In this document: positions 25,992 through 37,120 of the stretch, in pieces
Numbering within the stretch: the stretch's first letter is position 1
Layout of the letters: the number at the start of each line of letters is the position of its first letter
Assembly: GCA_037135115.1 (NCBI GenBank)
Contig: JBAXKX010000001.1
Coordinates: forward strand, 1 to 60,588
Reading direction: 5' to 3'
DNA length: 60,588 nt
Source of the DNA: Rhodospirillaceae bacterium
Lineage (GTDB): Bacteria; Pseudomonadota; Alphaproteobacteria; Azospirillales; Azospirillaceae
Made by a program: the position numbers and the translations under genes
The notes under the pieces: model-generated
Told to the model about the DNA's origin: nothing
Database searches by the model: none
The model's input: the letters and a program-made list of their open reading frames with translations, nothing else

Positions 25992-26846
25992 TCACTCCAG
26001 GAGAAATCGACGGATCAGGGCGATTTGGTCGTCAACCATCAAGCTGGGTGCGTGGCCGGTGGCCGGTATGTCGACAAGTTGAGCCTTGGGGCCGCGTTCG
26101 GTCATTGCACTCGCCGTTTCGGGTCGCAACAGGTCGGATTCTACTCCGTGCAGCGCCAGCACCGGGCAGCGTACTTGTTCCCACACTGGCCATAAATCGA
26201 AATTGTTGAGCGGATTGGCCTTCATGGCCGTACCGATGCCGGGATCATAGGCCAGCCCTAGTCGCCCATCAGAGCGGACCCGTGTGCTGAACTCGGTCAT
26301 GTGACGCCAACAGGCGTCGGGCAGCACACCGAACCCGGCATAGAGATAGCGCAGATAGGCTTCAATGCCGGCAGCATCCTCGAACACCGGATCAGTGCCG
26401 ACATAGTCTCCGATTCGGTCAAGGGCCGCCTGGGGTATGAACGGGCCGACGTCGTTCATCACCAACCTCTTGACCGGTGTTTGCGGTTGGGCGGCTAGAA
26501 GCATCCCGATAATGCCGCCCAACGAGGTCCCGACCCACATCACCTCTGTTACGCCGAGTCGGGCGATCAGGGCCGTCATGTCGCTGAGGTATTGAGGGTA
26601 GCCGTAAAGTCCGGGGATGGCGAGCCAGTCGCTCTTCCCGCGTCCGACTATGTCGGGACAAACCACCCTGATGCCGTCCTCGGCCAGAGCCTCGGCCAAT
26701 CGGTCGAAGTCGCGGCCATTACGGGTCAGGCCATGGGCGCAGACCACGACTCGGGTGGCCAACGGGTCGCCCCACTCGGTGTAGGCGATACGATGGAACC
26801 CGATGGAGCTGAGGCCTAGCAGGCTGGATTCGATCATCGACACCAT
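25992..26846 (-). CDS. alpha/beta-fold hydrolase
   Basis: HGLTRNGRDFD, nucleophile elbow VGTSLGG, and C-terminal GHAPSL. Confidence 0.75.
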   Translation of the reverse strand: MVSMIESSLLGLSSIGFHRIAYTEWGDPLATRVVVCAHGLTRNGRDFDRLAEALAEDGIRVVCPDIVGRGKSDWLAIPGLYGYPQYLSDMTALIARLGVTEVMWVGTSLGGIIGMLLAAQPQTPVKRLVMNDVGPFIPQAALDRIGDYVGTDPVFEDAAGIEAYLRYLYAGFGVLPDACWRHMTEFSTRVRSDGRLGLAYDPGIGTAMKANPLNNFDLWPVWEQVRCPVLALHGVESDLLRPETASAMTERGPKAQLVDIPATGHAPSLMVDDQIALIRRFLLE

Positions 26847-27036
26847 TCCCCAAATTTAACCGTACGATTATGTATCGCTATGGACCGCACTCTCCCCCAG
26901 TGTCACCGTGTTAAAGGCCAAGTCAAGCGCCAGCGCGTAACTGACGTCGGGTAATGTTGTTTATTTCTACCATTTTCCTTGACTCGAGGCCCGCTGCGCC
27001 ATCTCGTTGGGGTTAATTCGTCACCAGCCAAGGACC

Positions 27037-28653
27037 ATGTTGGCCATGTCCGTCGTCTCCGCTACCGCAGCTAACAGCACCGGCTCCGCCCCCGGCTCGC
27101 AGCCCGAGCGTGTGGTGATCTTTGATACCACGTTGCGCGACGGCGAGCAGTCGCCGGGTGCATCGATGAATCATGAGGAAAAGCTCCGAATCGCGCGGGT
27201 TCTTGAGGAAATGGGGGTTGATATCATCGAGGCTGGCTTCCCCATTGCATCCAACGGTGATTTCGAGGCAGTGCGGGAGGTCGGGCGAATCATCAAGCGT
27301 TCGACGGTGGCTGGTCTGGCTCGGGCCCAGCGTCGGGACATAGAACGTTGCGCCGAAGCCCTAGAATTTGCCGAGCGAAAGCGCATCCACACCTTTATTT
27401 CCACCAGCCCGCTCCATATGAAATTCAAGCTGCAGATGCAGCCAGACCAGGTTCTGTTGGCGGTTAGCGAAAGCGTCGCCATTGCTCGTAATTTATGTGA
27501 CGATGTTGAGTGGAGTGCCGAGGACGGCTCGCGCACCGAGCATGATTTTCTTTGCCGTTGCGTCGAGGCGGCAATCAAGGCTGGAGCCACCACTATCAAC
27601 ATTCCCGATACGGTCGGCTATGGCGTGCCTGAAGAGTACGGCGCATTGTTTGCGATGGTGCGCAATCGGGTTCCTAACATTGATCGGGCGGTGCTGTCGG
27701 TACACTGCCATAATGATCTTGGGCTGGCGGTGGCCAATACGCTGGCCGGGGTTGGACAGGGTGCTCGCCAAATCGAATGCACGATCAACGGGTTGGGAGA
27801 GCGCGCCGGCAACGCCGCCCTTGAGGAGATCGTTATGGCGCTGCGGACCCGCCACGACCTCCTGCCCTATACGACCGGCATCAATACCGAAATTATAACC
27901 AGGGCGTCGCGGCTGGTCTCGAAAATTACCGGATTCGTGGTCCAACCCAACAAGGCGATCGTTGGTGCCAATGCCTTCGCCCACGAATCGGGAATCCATC
28001 AGGATGGCATGCTTAAACATCCTGGTACCTACGAGATCATGACACCGGCGTCGGTTGGTCTCGTTCGCGACAGCGCCGACAGAGGCGGGCTGGTTATGGG
28101 CAAGCATTCCGGGCGTAACGCTTTTCGTACAAGGCTGCGGGATCTCGGCTATGCCTTGGATGAGACTGTCGTCTCCGAAAGCTTTCGGCGCTTCAAGGAG
28201 TTGGCCGATCAAAAGGAATGCATTTACGATGAGGACCTAATCGCCCTGGTCGAGGACCAGATCGGTCACGCCGAGGGACATATAAATTTCGTTTCGCTCA
28301 GGGTGTTTGCCGATAGTTGGAGAAGGCCGCTGGCCGAACTGACGTTGAAGATCGGCGATGAAGAGGTATCTGGTACGGAAAGCGGTAATGGTGCGATCGA
28401 TGCCATTTTTAACGCGACAAAGAAGCTATGCAAAAGCGAGGCTAGATTGAGTCTCTATCAGGTCAAGGCTGTGACCGGAGGCAGCGACTCCCAGGCTGAG
28501 GTTATGGTCGGCCTCGTGGACGGCAATCTTAACGTTGTCGGCACCGGCTTCGACTGCGACACCCTGTTCGCTTCCTGCCGCGCCTACGTTCACGCCCTCA
28601 ATAAATTGATAATCAAACGCCAAGGTACGGCTCCGCCATCACTCAGCGCTTGA
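27037..28653 (+). CDS. leuA: 2-isopropylmalate synthase
   Basis: [38 protein letters not shown], and a C-terminal LeuA dimerisation/regulatory domain. ATG 27037 is preferred to TTG 27007. Confidence 0.95.
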   Translation: MLAMSVVSATAANSTGSAPGSQPERVVIFDTTLRDGEQSPGASMNHEEKLRIARVLEEMGVDIIEAGFPIASNGDFEAVREVGRIIKRSTVAGLARAQRRDIERCAEALEFAERKRIHTFISTSPLHMKFKLQMQPDQVLLAVSESVAIARNLCDDVEWSAEDGSRTEHDFLCRCVEAAIKAGATTINIPDTVGYGVPEEYGALFAMVRNRVPNIDRAVLSVHCHNDLGLAVANTLAGVGQGARQIECTINGLGERAGNAALEEIVMALRTRHDLLPYTTGINTEIITRASRLVSKITGFVVQPNKAIVGANAFAHESGIHQDGMLKHPGTYEIMTPASVGLVRDSADRGGLVMGKHSGRNAFRTRLRDLGYALDETVVSESFRRFKELADQKECIYDEDLIALVEDQIGHAEGHINFVSLRVFADSWRRPLAELTLKIGDEEVSGTESGNGAIDAIFNATKKLCKSEARLSLYQVKAVTGGSDSQAEVMVGLVDGNLNVVGTGFDCDTLFASCRAYVHALNKLIIKRQGTAPPSLSA

Positions 28654-28729
28654 GTGGCACCCGCTGTTGCTTTATTGAACAGTAGTGGGCTGTCAGCGAT
28701 GCGTGATCCGTGCCGCCGCCTGTCTGTAG

Positions 28730-29806
<1,077 letters not shown>

Positions 29807-29870
29807 ACCGACCGCGCCGACAATTAAAGCATGTTGGTACGGTATGCGACTCCAGCGATAATTCTGGAAA

Positions 29871-30752
29871 ATGATCGTGAAAACACGTGTCGCCAGACCT
29901 ATGTCCCGGTTAACTGCCCTTAAGGCGCTATTCCAGCGTTTCTCATTTCTGCTTTTGTTGCTGGCGTCAATTGCGCTGATGATGGTGGGCAGGGTCAACC
30001 CTTTGATGGTGGAGAACTCTCGCGCCCGCGTCACTGATGCCTTTGTCCCAATCCTTGACGTGATCTCTCGACCGGCGGCGACGGCTGCCCATTTGGTCGA
30101 GCGTTTTATCGAGGCAACCGAGACTTATCGTGAGAATAAGCAGCTGCGCGTGGAGAACGCCCGGTTGCTCCAATGGAAACAGGCGGCGTTGCACCTTGAG
30201 GCAGAAAATACCAGTCTGCGGAACCTATTGCACTACAAGCCTGAGCCTAAGGCGTCGTTCATCTCGGCCCGCGTTATTGCCGCTCCCGGCGGTGCCTTTG
30301 TTCGCAACGTGGTGGTTACCGCCGGTCGGCGCGAAGGCGTGAGGCGCGGCCAGGCGGCGGTTGCCGGTCCCGGTATGATCGGTCGGGTGGTTGAGGTTGG
30401 TGAGTGGTCGGCCCGTGTGCTGCTGATTACCGACATCAACACTCGGGTGCCGGTGGTGTTGGATAGTTCGCGCCAGCGGGCGGTGTTGGTTGGCGACAAC
30501 TCGGACCAGCCGCAACTGCTCTACCTGCCACCCGAGGCTAAGGTTGCGGTGGGCGACCGGGCCGTGACGTCGGGTGATGGCGGCCTGTTTCCGCCCGGCC
30601 TGCCGATCGGACTTGTTTCGTCGGTTAATGACAGGCTGATCAGGATTCAGCCGATGGTCAATCTAAGCCGTCTCGAACATGTACAATTGGTGGATTTCGG
30701 TCTGCCTGTCGGGCTAGTAAGCGAGGCGGAGCGCGTTTCGGACCTAAAATGA
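29871..30752 (+). CDS. mreC: rod shape-determining protein MreC
   Basis: TM helix plus coiled coil (ENARLLQWKQAALHLEAENTSL), then VVTSGDGGLFPPGLPIG. It follows mreB. Confidence 0.9.
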   Translation: MIVKTRVARPMSRLTALKALFQRFSFLLLLLASIALMMVGRVNPLMVENSRARVTDAFVPILDVISRPAATAAHLVERFIEATETYRENKQLRVENARLLQWKQAALHLEAENTSLRNLLHYKPEPKASFISARVIAAPGGAFVRNVVVTAGRREGVRRGQAAVAGPGMIGRVVEVGEWSARVLLITDINTRVPVVLDSSRQRAVLVGDNSDQPQLLYLPPEAKVAVGDRAVTSGDGGLFPPGLPIGLVSSVNDRLIRIQPMVNLSRLEHVQLVDFGLPVGLVSEAERVSDLK

Positions 30753-31264
30753 CGATCAGTCTTTGGCAAAAACTCGACCAAACCGGGCGCAGCCTAGCGC
30801 CGGTGGCGGTGACGCTTATGCTTGTTTTGTTTGGTATGGTGCCGCTTTATCTGCCTGGATACGATCGTGTGGCGCCCTGTCTAGCCTTGATGTCGGTCTA
30901 TTACTGGGCGATTCATCGCCCCGACTTGATTGGGCCGAGCATGGCATTCGCCATTGGCCTGCTCCAGGATATGGTGGCTGGTACGCCGCTCGGCTTGACG
31001 GCTTTGGTGCTGGTGCTGTGCCATTTGGTCGTAGTTTACCAGCGTAGTTTTTTCCTGGCGAATTCATTCGTTATGCTGTGGGTGGGGTTTGTCTTTATTA
31101 AGGTCGGCGCCACATTTGTTGAGTGTGTCGCCTACACCATCCTGAATATGAAACTGGCGCCGCTGGCCGCTCCAATGGCCCAGACCCTGTTGACGGTGGC
31201 TCTGTTTCCGATGTTTGCTTGGCTGTTCATCCGCGTGCATCGTGCGTTTTTGAAAGAGGCCTAG
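30749..31264 (+). CDS. mreD: rod shape-determining protein MreD
   Basis: ATGA overlap with mreC. It is a polytopic small membrane protein in the canonical position. Confidence 0.8.
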   Translation: MTISLWQKLDQTGRSLAPVAVTLMLVLFGMVPLYLPGYDRVAPCLALMSVYYWAIHRPDLIGPSMAFAIGLLQDMVAGTPLGLTALVLVLCHLVVVYQRSFFLANSFVMLWVGFVFIKVGATFVECVAYTILNMKLAPLAAPMAQTLLTVALFPMFAWLFIRVHRAFLKEA

Positions 31265-31281
31265 GATATGAAGAAGGCAAC

Positions 31282-33177
31282 ATGACGCTTGGAGGAGCCA
31301 CAGTAAATCGCGATACGGACCGTTACCGCACCCTGACGCGGCGGGTATTGGTCCTTGGCGGCATCAAGATGGGGATACTTGCGACTCTTGTTGGGCGCAT
31401 GTATTACCTTCAGGTGGTACAGTCTGCGCGCTATACGATGTTGTCAGATGAGAATCGCATTAGTATGCGCTTGGTTGCGCCTTCACGAGGCCTGATCGTT
31501 GATCGTGTCGGAGTTGCGCTAGCGATCAACCGGCAGAACTATCGAGTTGTGCTGGTCCAGGAACGCTCCCACGACATAGACGGTACACTCAACTTATTGT
31601 CCCAGATTGTGCCGCTCTCGGAGGCCGACCGCCGCCGAATTCTCCGCGATATCCAGCGCAAACGCCGATTCGTGCCGGTTACGATCAAGGAGAATTTAAC
31701 CTGGGATCAGGTTGCCCAAATTGAAATCAACACGCCCGACCTGCCGGGCGTATCGATCGAAGTCGGAGAAATTCGCAACTACCCCCGTGGTGACGCCACC
31801 GCCCACATTCTTGGTTATGTTGGGTCGGTATCCGTTTCTGAGATTCAGGGCGACCCGGTGTTGTCCCTGCCGGGATTTCGCATCGGCAAGGCCGGCATTG
31901 AGAAGGGGCGGGAAAAGGAATTGCGTGGCGTTGCGGGTACCAGCCAGCTTGAGGTTAACGCGGTCGGCCGGGTAATCCGCGAACTCTCGCGCAACGAGGG
32001 TCAAGCCGGGCGGGTCTTGACGCTGACCGTCGATGTGGCACTCCAGCAGTTTACCCAGCGCCGTCTAGCGAACGAAAAAAGTGCCAGTGGTGTGGTGATA
32101 GATGTTCACACCGGCGGCATCTATGCCATGGCTTCTACCCCTAGTTTTGATCCCAATCGCTTTTCAACTGGGATTAACGCTGAGCTTTGGGAGGAGTTGC
32201 TTTCAAATCCGACAGCACCGTTGACCAATAAAGCCACGTCCGGCCAGTACTCTCCAGGCTCGACATACAAGACCGTGGTAGCTCTTGCGGCATTAGAGTC
32301 GGGGTTGGTTGGTCCCCACCACACTGTTTATTGCCCTGGTTACATGGATTTGGGTGACCATCGCTTCCATTGCTGGAAAAAAGGCGGCCATGGCGCGATG
32401 GACATGAGCGACGCGCTGCGTCAGTCCTGCGACACCTTTTTTTATGACTTGGCCCGCCGGCTCGGCATTGATCGCATTGCGGAGATGAGCCACCGTTTCG
32501 GCATGGGCGAGTTACTCGGCATTGACCTGCCGGGCGAGCGGCCGGGGCTGGTGCCGACTCGCCAATGGAAGCAGGCAACCTTGGGTACTCCTTGGCAGCA
32601 AGGTGAAAGCTTGGTGGCCGCGATCGGCCAGGGCTATGTGCTGTCCACTCCGTTGCAATTGGTGGTAATGTGCGCGCGATTGGTCAACGGCGGCTACGCG
32701 GTCAAGCCCCACCTGATCAAGCAGGTCAAAAAGGGAGCCAGCGAGCAGACGGTGTGGCCGGCGATCGGCGTTCAGAAACAGAACCTGGACGTGGTGGTCA
32801 ACGGGATGAATCTAGTGGTTAACCATCCGCACGGCACTGCGTACAAAGCCCGCATCACCGAGCCCGGTTTTGAAATGGGCGGAAAGACCGGGACATCGCA
32901 GGTTCGCCGTATCACCATGGCCGAGCGTTCAACCGGCGTGGTCAAGAATGAGGATCTACCCTGGCGCGAGCGCGATCACGCCTTGTTCATAGGTTTTGCG
33001 CCCGTCGACGCCCCGCGCTACGCCATGGCCGTTGTGGTTGAGCATGGTGGCGGCGGCTCGGCAGTGGCGGTCCCGATTGTCCGCGATGTCCTGTTGGAGT
33101 GCCAGCGTCGCGACCCCGCGCGCTCCTCGGCGATCACCGCATCCGGCGATCCCGATTGTTGCAAAACCACTGGCTGA
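31282..33177 (+). CDS. mrdA: penicillin-binding protein 2 (elongasome transpeptidase)
   Basis: TM helix, PBP dimer domain, SxxK motif SPGSTYK, SxN motif CDTFF (Ser replaced by Cys) and KTG motif GGKTGTSQ. ATG 31282 follows the mreD stop, so the track's N-terminal extension is trimmed. Confidence 0.9.
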   Translation: MTLGGATVNRDTDRYRTLTRRVLVLGGIKMGILATLVGRMYYLQVVQSARYTMLSDENRISMRLVAPSRGLIVDRVGVALAINRQNYRVVLVQERSHDIDGTLNLLSQIVPLSEADRRRILRDIQRKRRFVPVTIKENLTWDQVAQIEINTPDLPGVSIEVGEIRNYPRGDATAHILGYVGSVSVSEIQGDPVLSLPGFRIGKAGIEKGREKELRGVAGTSQLEVNAVGRVIRELSRNEGQAGRVLTLTVDVALQQFTQRRLANEKSASGVVIDVHTGGIYAMASTPSFDPNRFSTGINAELWEELLSNPTAPLTNKATSGQYSPGSTYKTVVALAALESGLVGPHHTVYCPGYMDLGDHRFHCWKKGGHGAMDMSDALRQSCDTFFYDLARRLGIDRIAEMSHRFGMGELLGIDLPGERPGLVPTRQWKQATLGTPWQQGESLVAAIGQGYVLSTPLQLVVMCARLVNGGYAVKPHLIKQVKKGASEQTVWPAIGVQKQNLDVVVNGMNLVVNHPHGTAYKARITEPGFEMGGKTGTSQVRRITMAERSTGVVKNEDLPWRERDHALFIGFAPVDAPRYAMAVVVEHGGGGSAVAVPIVRDVLLECQRRDPARSSAITASGDPDCCKTTG

Positions 33178-33231
33178 AGTTTTTTTTCCAGACGCCATTT
33201 TGGTTAGCTTGAACAATACATCTTCATCTTA

Positions 33232-34590
33232 TTAATCCAGCAAAGGTCGGCCGGTTTCGATCTTGACCAGGACCGCCACCAGCGGCCCACCGATATCGCG
33301 ACGAATTAAGCCGCTGACGCGCTCGGCTGCTGTCAGTGCTTGCTGGAAAGTGGCGCGCCAGAGGTTGCCGCCTGCCAGTGCCTTTTCGGCTCGCGCACGC
33401 TGGGCGATCACCAGTGGCCGGCGGCCCCCGTCCTCGTTGGCCATTTTGATCAGGCGATTCATTAGATCGGTGGCTGCGGAGCGGTTATCACGTTTGAGGT
33501 ACGACTCGATTAGTTCGGCGTAAACCTCGCTGCGGTTGTCGATATCAGCTATCTGCTCGGTATATAATATAATGGTGCCGTCCTCGCCCCGCCGAGCCAG
33601 CCTGCCCAGCACCGGGGCAATCACCCATGGATTTTCCTCTTGAACCATCCGCAGCAGCTTAAAGGTTAGTGAGGCGTCACCGAATTCGGCTGCGGCGATA
33701 GCCAGTTCCGGCGTACAGCAATCGCCCTTAGCCTGGGTGCTTCCCGTGGCGATATTCTGAGTTGCGGATTTGAATAGAGTGCGGGCGTCCTCGACGCGGC
33801 CGACGTCGATAAGCGCCCGTGCCACCAACCCTTGTTCGGCGGTGCATGACTTGGCCTCGGCATATGCTCTGGCTTCTTCGGTCAGCGCCGCCGCCTGTTC
33901 CCGCTCGCCTTGTCCCAGCAATACCCCGGCAATGTCGGCAAGGTCATATATGCGAGTGGCGCAGTCGGGAATTTTGCGCGCGATCTCCAGGGCGAGCCCG
34001 GTCTGGCCGGTCAGTCCCAACGCCCTTGCAACAAAGAGGTCGCGCTCGCTGGTCTCGTTGGTGACCCCGCGGCGTACCGCCGACAGGAAAGGCGCGATGA
34101 TCTCTTTGGACCGCCCGGTGTCGCCCAAAATGTGATGGGCGACGGCCAACGACATCCAGTCCCAGCGAGCAGTATTGATCGGAGTTTCAACTGGTGGCAG
34201 CAAGGCGCTAATGCGGAACAGGAAACACCTGGAAGTTTGTGGCTCGTTGCAAACCAGCGACTTGATGCGGTTGCGGAACTCAAAAAAATCGAAATCGCCG
34301 ACAAATTGATTGGTTGCCAACTGGACCGCTAAATCAGTGTCTGGAAAGCGGGCGATGATCTCGTCCAGCAGCCGGTCCGCTTCGGCGAGATACTTTCTCT
34401 CCTCCATTGGTTCATAAGTGGCATTGGCCTTGCGGATCAGCTGCATGGCCGAAATGAACTGCCGGTTGGCTTGGCTGGTCGCGTCGTCGGCGTGCGCCTC
34501 GTCAATCCACAGGCTGAGTCCAGCCAGCAGTGCCATGACCAGGGCAAGCCGCCACACCAATATGGCGGGCCGCTTAAATGATGCGAACAT
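33232..34590 (-). CDS. secreted helical-repeat (TPR/HEAT-like) protein, unknown function
   Basis: Signal peptide ...LWIDEAHA. The rest is long and alpha-helical with repetitive character, and no catalytic motif was seen. Its start overlaps the upstream BON gene stop by 17 nt. Confidence 0.5.
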   Translation of the reverse strand: MFASFKRPAILVWRLALVMALLAGLSLWIDEAHADDATSQANRQFISAMQLIRKANATYEPMEERKYLAEADRLLDEIIARFPDTDLAVQLATNQFVGDFDFFEFRNRIKSLVCNEPQTSRCFLFRISALLPPVETPINTARWDWMSLAVAHHILGDTGRSKEIIAPFLSAVRRGVTNETSERDLFVARALGLTGQTGLALEIARKIPDCATRIYDLADIAGVLLGQGEREQAAALTEEARAYAEAKSCTAEQGLVARALIDVGRVEDARTLFKSATQNIATGSTQAKGDCCTPELAIAAAEFGDASLTFKLLRMVQEENPWVIAPVLGRLARRGEDGTIILYTEQIADIDNRSEVYAELIESYLKRDNRSAATDLMNRLIKMANEDGGRRPLVIAQRARAEKALAGGNLWRATFQQALTAAERVSGLIRRDIGGPLVAVLVKIETGRPLLD

Positions 34591-35182
34591 GGGAGACTAC
34601 ATTTTGAACACGGCTCAGTGATTTAGCATGACCAATTACCCGGTTAAGTTCTGTTTGCCCGTGTGCCACACCCAAAAGATATACCACCCCGTTGACGACA
34701 TCGACGCTGAAATTGGTCGAGCGAACCTCGGCATCAAGGATCAGAGCCGTCCGCAACTTGGTTGAAATCCAGCTGTCGTGCGCCGTGTCAATTATCAATG
34801 ACTGGTTGTCAATTGCAATTTCATTAATTACTTCGACAATGCCTGGAACCTGCCACACCAATTTAACAGCATCGACTCGTTGATCAATGTCAGCAGCGCG
34901 ACCGGTCAATAGAACCCGGCCCTGATCCACCGTTAGGTTGATGCGCTGGTACATATAGACATTGTGCTTAAACCACAACTCACTGATTCGGGCATGAATT
35001 TCCGCATCGGAAAGCGCACCGCCCAGCCCCCGCTCTTCGGTAGCTTTGACTACTGCGGTTCCTGCCACGGCACCGACCACCACAGGCGCAACGCAACCCG
35101 TTGCCATCGTTGCCACCGACGTGATGACGGTGCAGCAAGCCAGCTTAGCCAGCCCTCCCCTCCAGAATGCCTGAACCGACAC
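34574..35182 (-). CDS. BON-domain lipoprotein (OsmY/DolP-like)
   Basis: Lipobox MATGC. Two BON-like units: INLTVDQGRVLLTGRAADIDQRVDAVKLVWQVPGIVEVINEI and FSVDVVNGVVYLLGVAHGQTELNRVIGHAKSLSRVQNVVSHV. Confidence 0.7.
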   Translation of the reverse strand: MSVQAFWRGGLAKLACCTVITSVATMATGCVAPVVVGAVAGTAVVKATEERGLGGALSDAEIHARISELWFKHNVYMYQRINLTVDQGRVLLTGRAADIDQRVDAVKLVWQVPGIVEVINEIAIDNQSLIIDTAHDSWISTKLRTALILDAEVRSTNFSVDVVNGVVYLLGVAHGQTELNRVIGHAKSLSRVQNVVSHVRII

Positions 35183-35358
35183 CGCAAATCTCCACCAAGC
35201 CCCTGGGTTACCCGTCTGAGATGGGGAGCTAGGAATCCCGTTATTGTCATGTCAATGCAATGTTTTTCTCAGTTAGCCAGCGCAATTGCCTGGACTGTGG
35301 TGCCTGAATGTGCCACTTCGTCGGATTGTTAACGCCGGATTGTATCTGCCCACAACTC

Positions 35359-36546
35359 ATGCCCGTGCCTGCCATGGCTATCATCACTCGCATCTCTGCA
35401 CGCCACGATGAGATGGCCACTTGGCGCCGTCATCTCCATACCTATCCGGAGATCGCGTTCGAGGAGGTCGCGACCGCTGCCTTCGTGACTTCCCGCCTGC
35501 GCGAGTTTGGCATTGAGGTCCATGGCGGGCTGGCCCGCACGGGCGTAGTGGGCGTGCTGCGTGAGGGTCAAAGCCGGCGTGCTATCGGCTTGCGCGCCGA
35601 CATGGATGCCCTGCCGATGATCGAAACTAATTGCTTTGAACACGCATCGCGTCACCCCGGACGGATGCATGGCTGCGGCCACGACGGCCATATCGTCATG
35701 CTGCTAGGAGCGGCGCGCTATTTGTCTGAAACTAGGGAGTTCGACGGCACCATCAATCTGATTTTCCAGCCCGCCGAAGAAGGTGCCGCCGGTGGCAGGG
35801 TGATGGTGGAGGACGGCCTGTTCGAGCGTTTTCCCTGCGACGCCGTCTTTGGCTTGCACAACTGGCCGCAACTGCCGGTTGGTTATTTCGGCGTGCGTTC
35901 AGGGCCACTTATGGCCGCAGCCGACCGCTTCGACATTATCGTATCCGGCAAGAGCGGCCACGGTGCCATGCCACACCATACTATCGACCCGGTGCTGGTG
36001 GCGGCCCATATCGTCACTGCGGCTCAGGCGTTGGTCAGTCGCAGTACCGACCCGCTCGATTCGGCGGTGGTCAGCTTTACGGTGGTTAGGGGTGGTTCGG
36101 CCTTCAACGTCATACCAGATGAGGTTATGCTGTCTGGCACGGTGCGCAGCTTTCGTCCCGAGACCAGGGACGCGCTCGAAGACGGCCTTGCGCGGATAGC
36201 GGTCAATGTTGCTGCCGCCTTTGGAGCCACCGCCGTCGTGACCTATCATCGCAGCTACCCCGCCACCATCAACAGCCCGGACGAAACCGAGTTCGCTGCC
36301 GCAGTGGCTGCGCGTGTGGTGGGCGCTTCGAGGGTGGTGCGCGATGTCGACCCCTCTATGGGTGCCGAAGACTTCGCTTTCATGCTCGAACGGCGGCCCG
36401 GCTGCTACGTTTGGCTTGGCCAGGGCGGCACCCCGGACTCGTGCATGGTCCACAATTCGCGATACGATTTCAACGACGAGATATTATCCATCGGCGCCAG
36501 CTACTGGACGTTGCTGGCCGAAACTGCTTTGCCCAGGAGTGACTGA
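35359..36546 (+). CDS. M20D-family amidohydrolase (hippurate hydrolase / N-acyl-amino acid amidohydrolase-like)
   Basis: WRRHLHTYPEIAFEE, MHGCGHDGH, FQPAEE, GKSGHGAMPH. The start is either ATG 35359 or ATG 35374. Confidence 0.85.
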   Translation: MPVPAMAIITRISARHDEMATWRRHLHTYPEIAFEEVATAAFVTSRLREFGIEVHGGLARTGVVGVLREGQSRRAIGLRADMDALPMIETNCFEHASRHPGRMHGCGHDGHIVMLLGAARYLSETREFDGTINLIFQPAEEGAAGGRVMVEDGLFERFPCDAVFGLHNWPQLPVGYFGVRSGPLMAAADRFDIIVSGKSGHGAMPHHTIDPVLVAAHIVTAAQALVSRSTDPLDSAVVSFTVVRGGSAFNVIPDEVMLSGTVRSFRPETRDALEDGLARIAVNVAAAFGATAVVTYHRSYPATINSPDETEFAAAVAARVVGASRVVRDVDPSMGAEDFAFMLERRPGCYVWLGQGGTPDSCMVHNSRYDFNDEILSIGASYWTLLAETALPRSD

Positions 36547-36550
36547 TCCG

Positions 36551-37051
36551 ATGCTGCAGCGCCCCGTTTTTACCTTATTTTCCCCATTCTTTAGAATGGT
36601 CCCATTCTCCCGGGTTGTTCTGATCCTGGTCCTCGGTGCTTGCGCCGGCCCGTCTGCGACTATCGACGGTGCCATCAATCTGCGCACTCCGTCCGGTGCC
36701 GACTCCGGCACTACATGGCAAGGCGATCGCAGCGCCGCTACCGAGCGCGCCGAATTGGTGGCCCGGACAGCGATGGAGTGGCGGCAAATCTGGTCCACTG
36801 TTGGAATGCCCGCACCCCAACCCCTGCCTGACGATTACATGGCCGTAGCCATTTTTCTGGGAACCCGGACTACTGGCGGTTATGCTGTGATCCTTGGCCC
36901 GGCGATTAAGCGGGACGGCGGGATTTCCATCCCTTATCATGAGGACGTGCCCGGCCCTAACGACCCGGTCGCTTCCAGTCCTGCCTCACCCTTCGGCATT
37001 CGTCTGGTGCCGGCGGTTTCCTCTAGTGTTGCGTTCCACCTCGCACCGTAA
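36551..37051 (+). CDS. PrcB-C-like lipoprotein (protease complex subunit PrcB family), tentative
   Basis: ATG lies 5 nt after the M20 stop. Lipobox VLGAC. C-terminal pattern DYMAVAIFLGTRTTGGYAVILG. The track's long N-terminal extension overlaps the M20 gene and is rejected. Confidence 0.45.
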   Translation: MLQRPVFTLFSPFFRMVPFSRVVLILVLGACAGPSATIDGAINLRTPSGADSGTTWQGDRSAATERAELVARTAMEWRQIWSTVGMPAPQPLPDDYMAVAIFLGTRTTGGYAVILGPAIKRDGGISIPYHEDVPGPNDPVASSPASPFGIRLVPAVSSSVAFHLAP

Positions 37052-37120
37052 CCGCGAATAGGCCACGGTGTTTTTGACCATAAGTTGACTATCTTTGATA
37101 CAATAGATGGTAAAGCGTGT

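Noticed and set aside
33170-33200. The T8 run right after the mrdA stop as an intrinsic terminator.
   Set aside because: No convincing GC-rich stem precedes it. Only an A-run/T-run pairing is possible.
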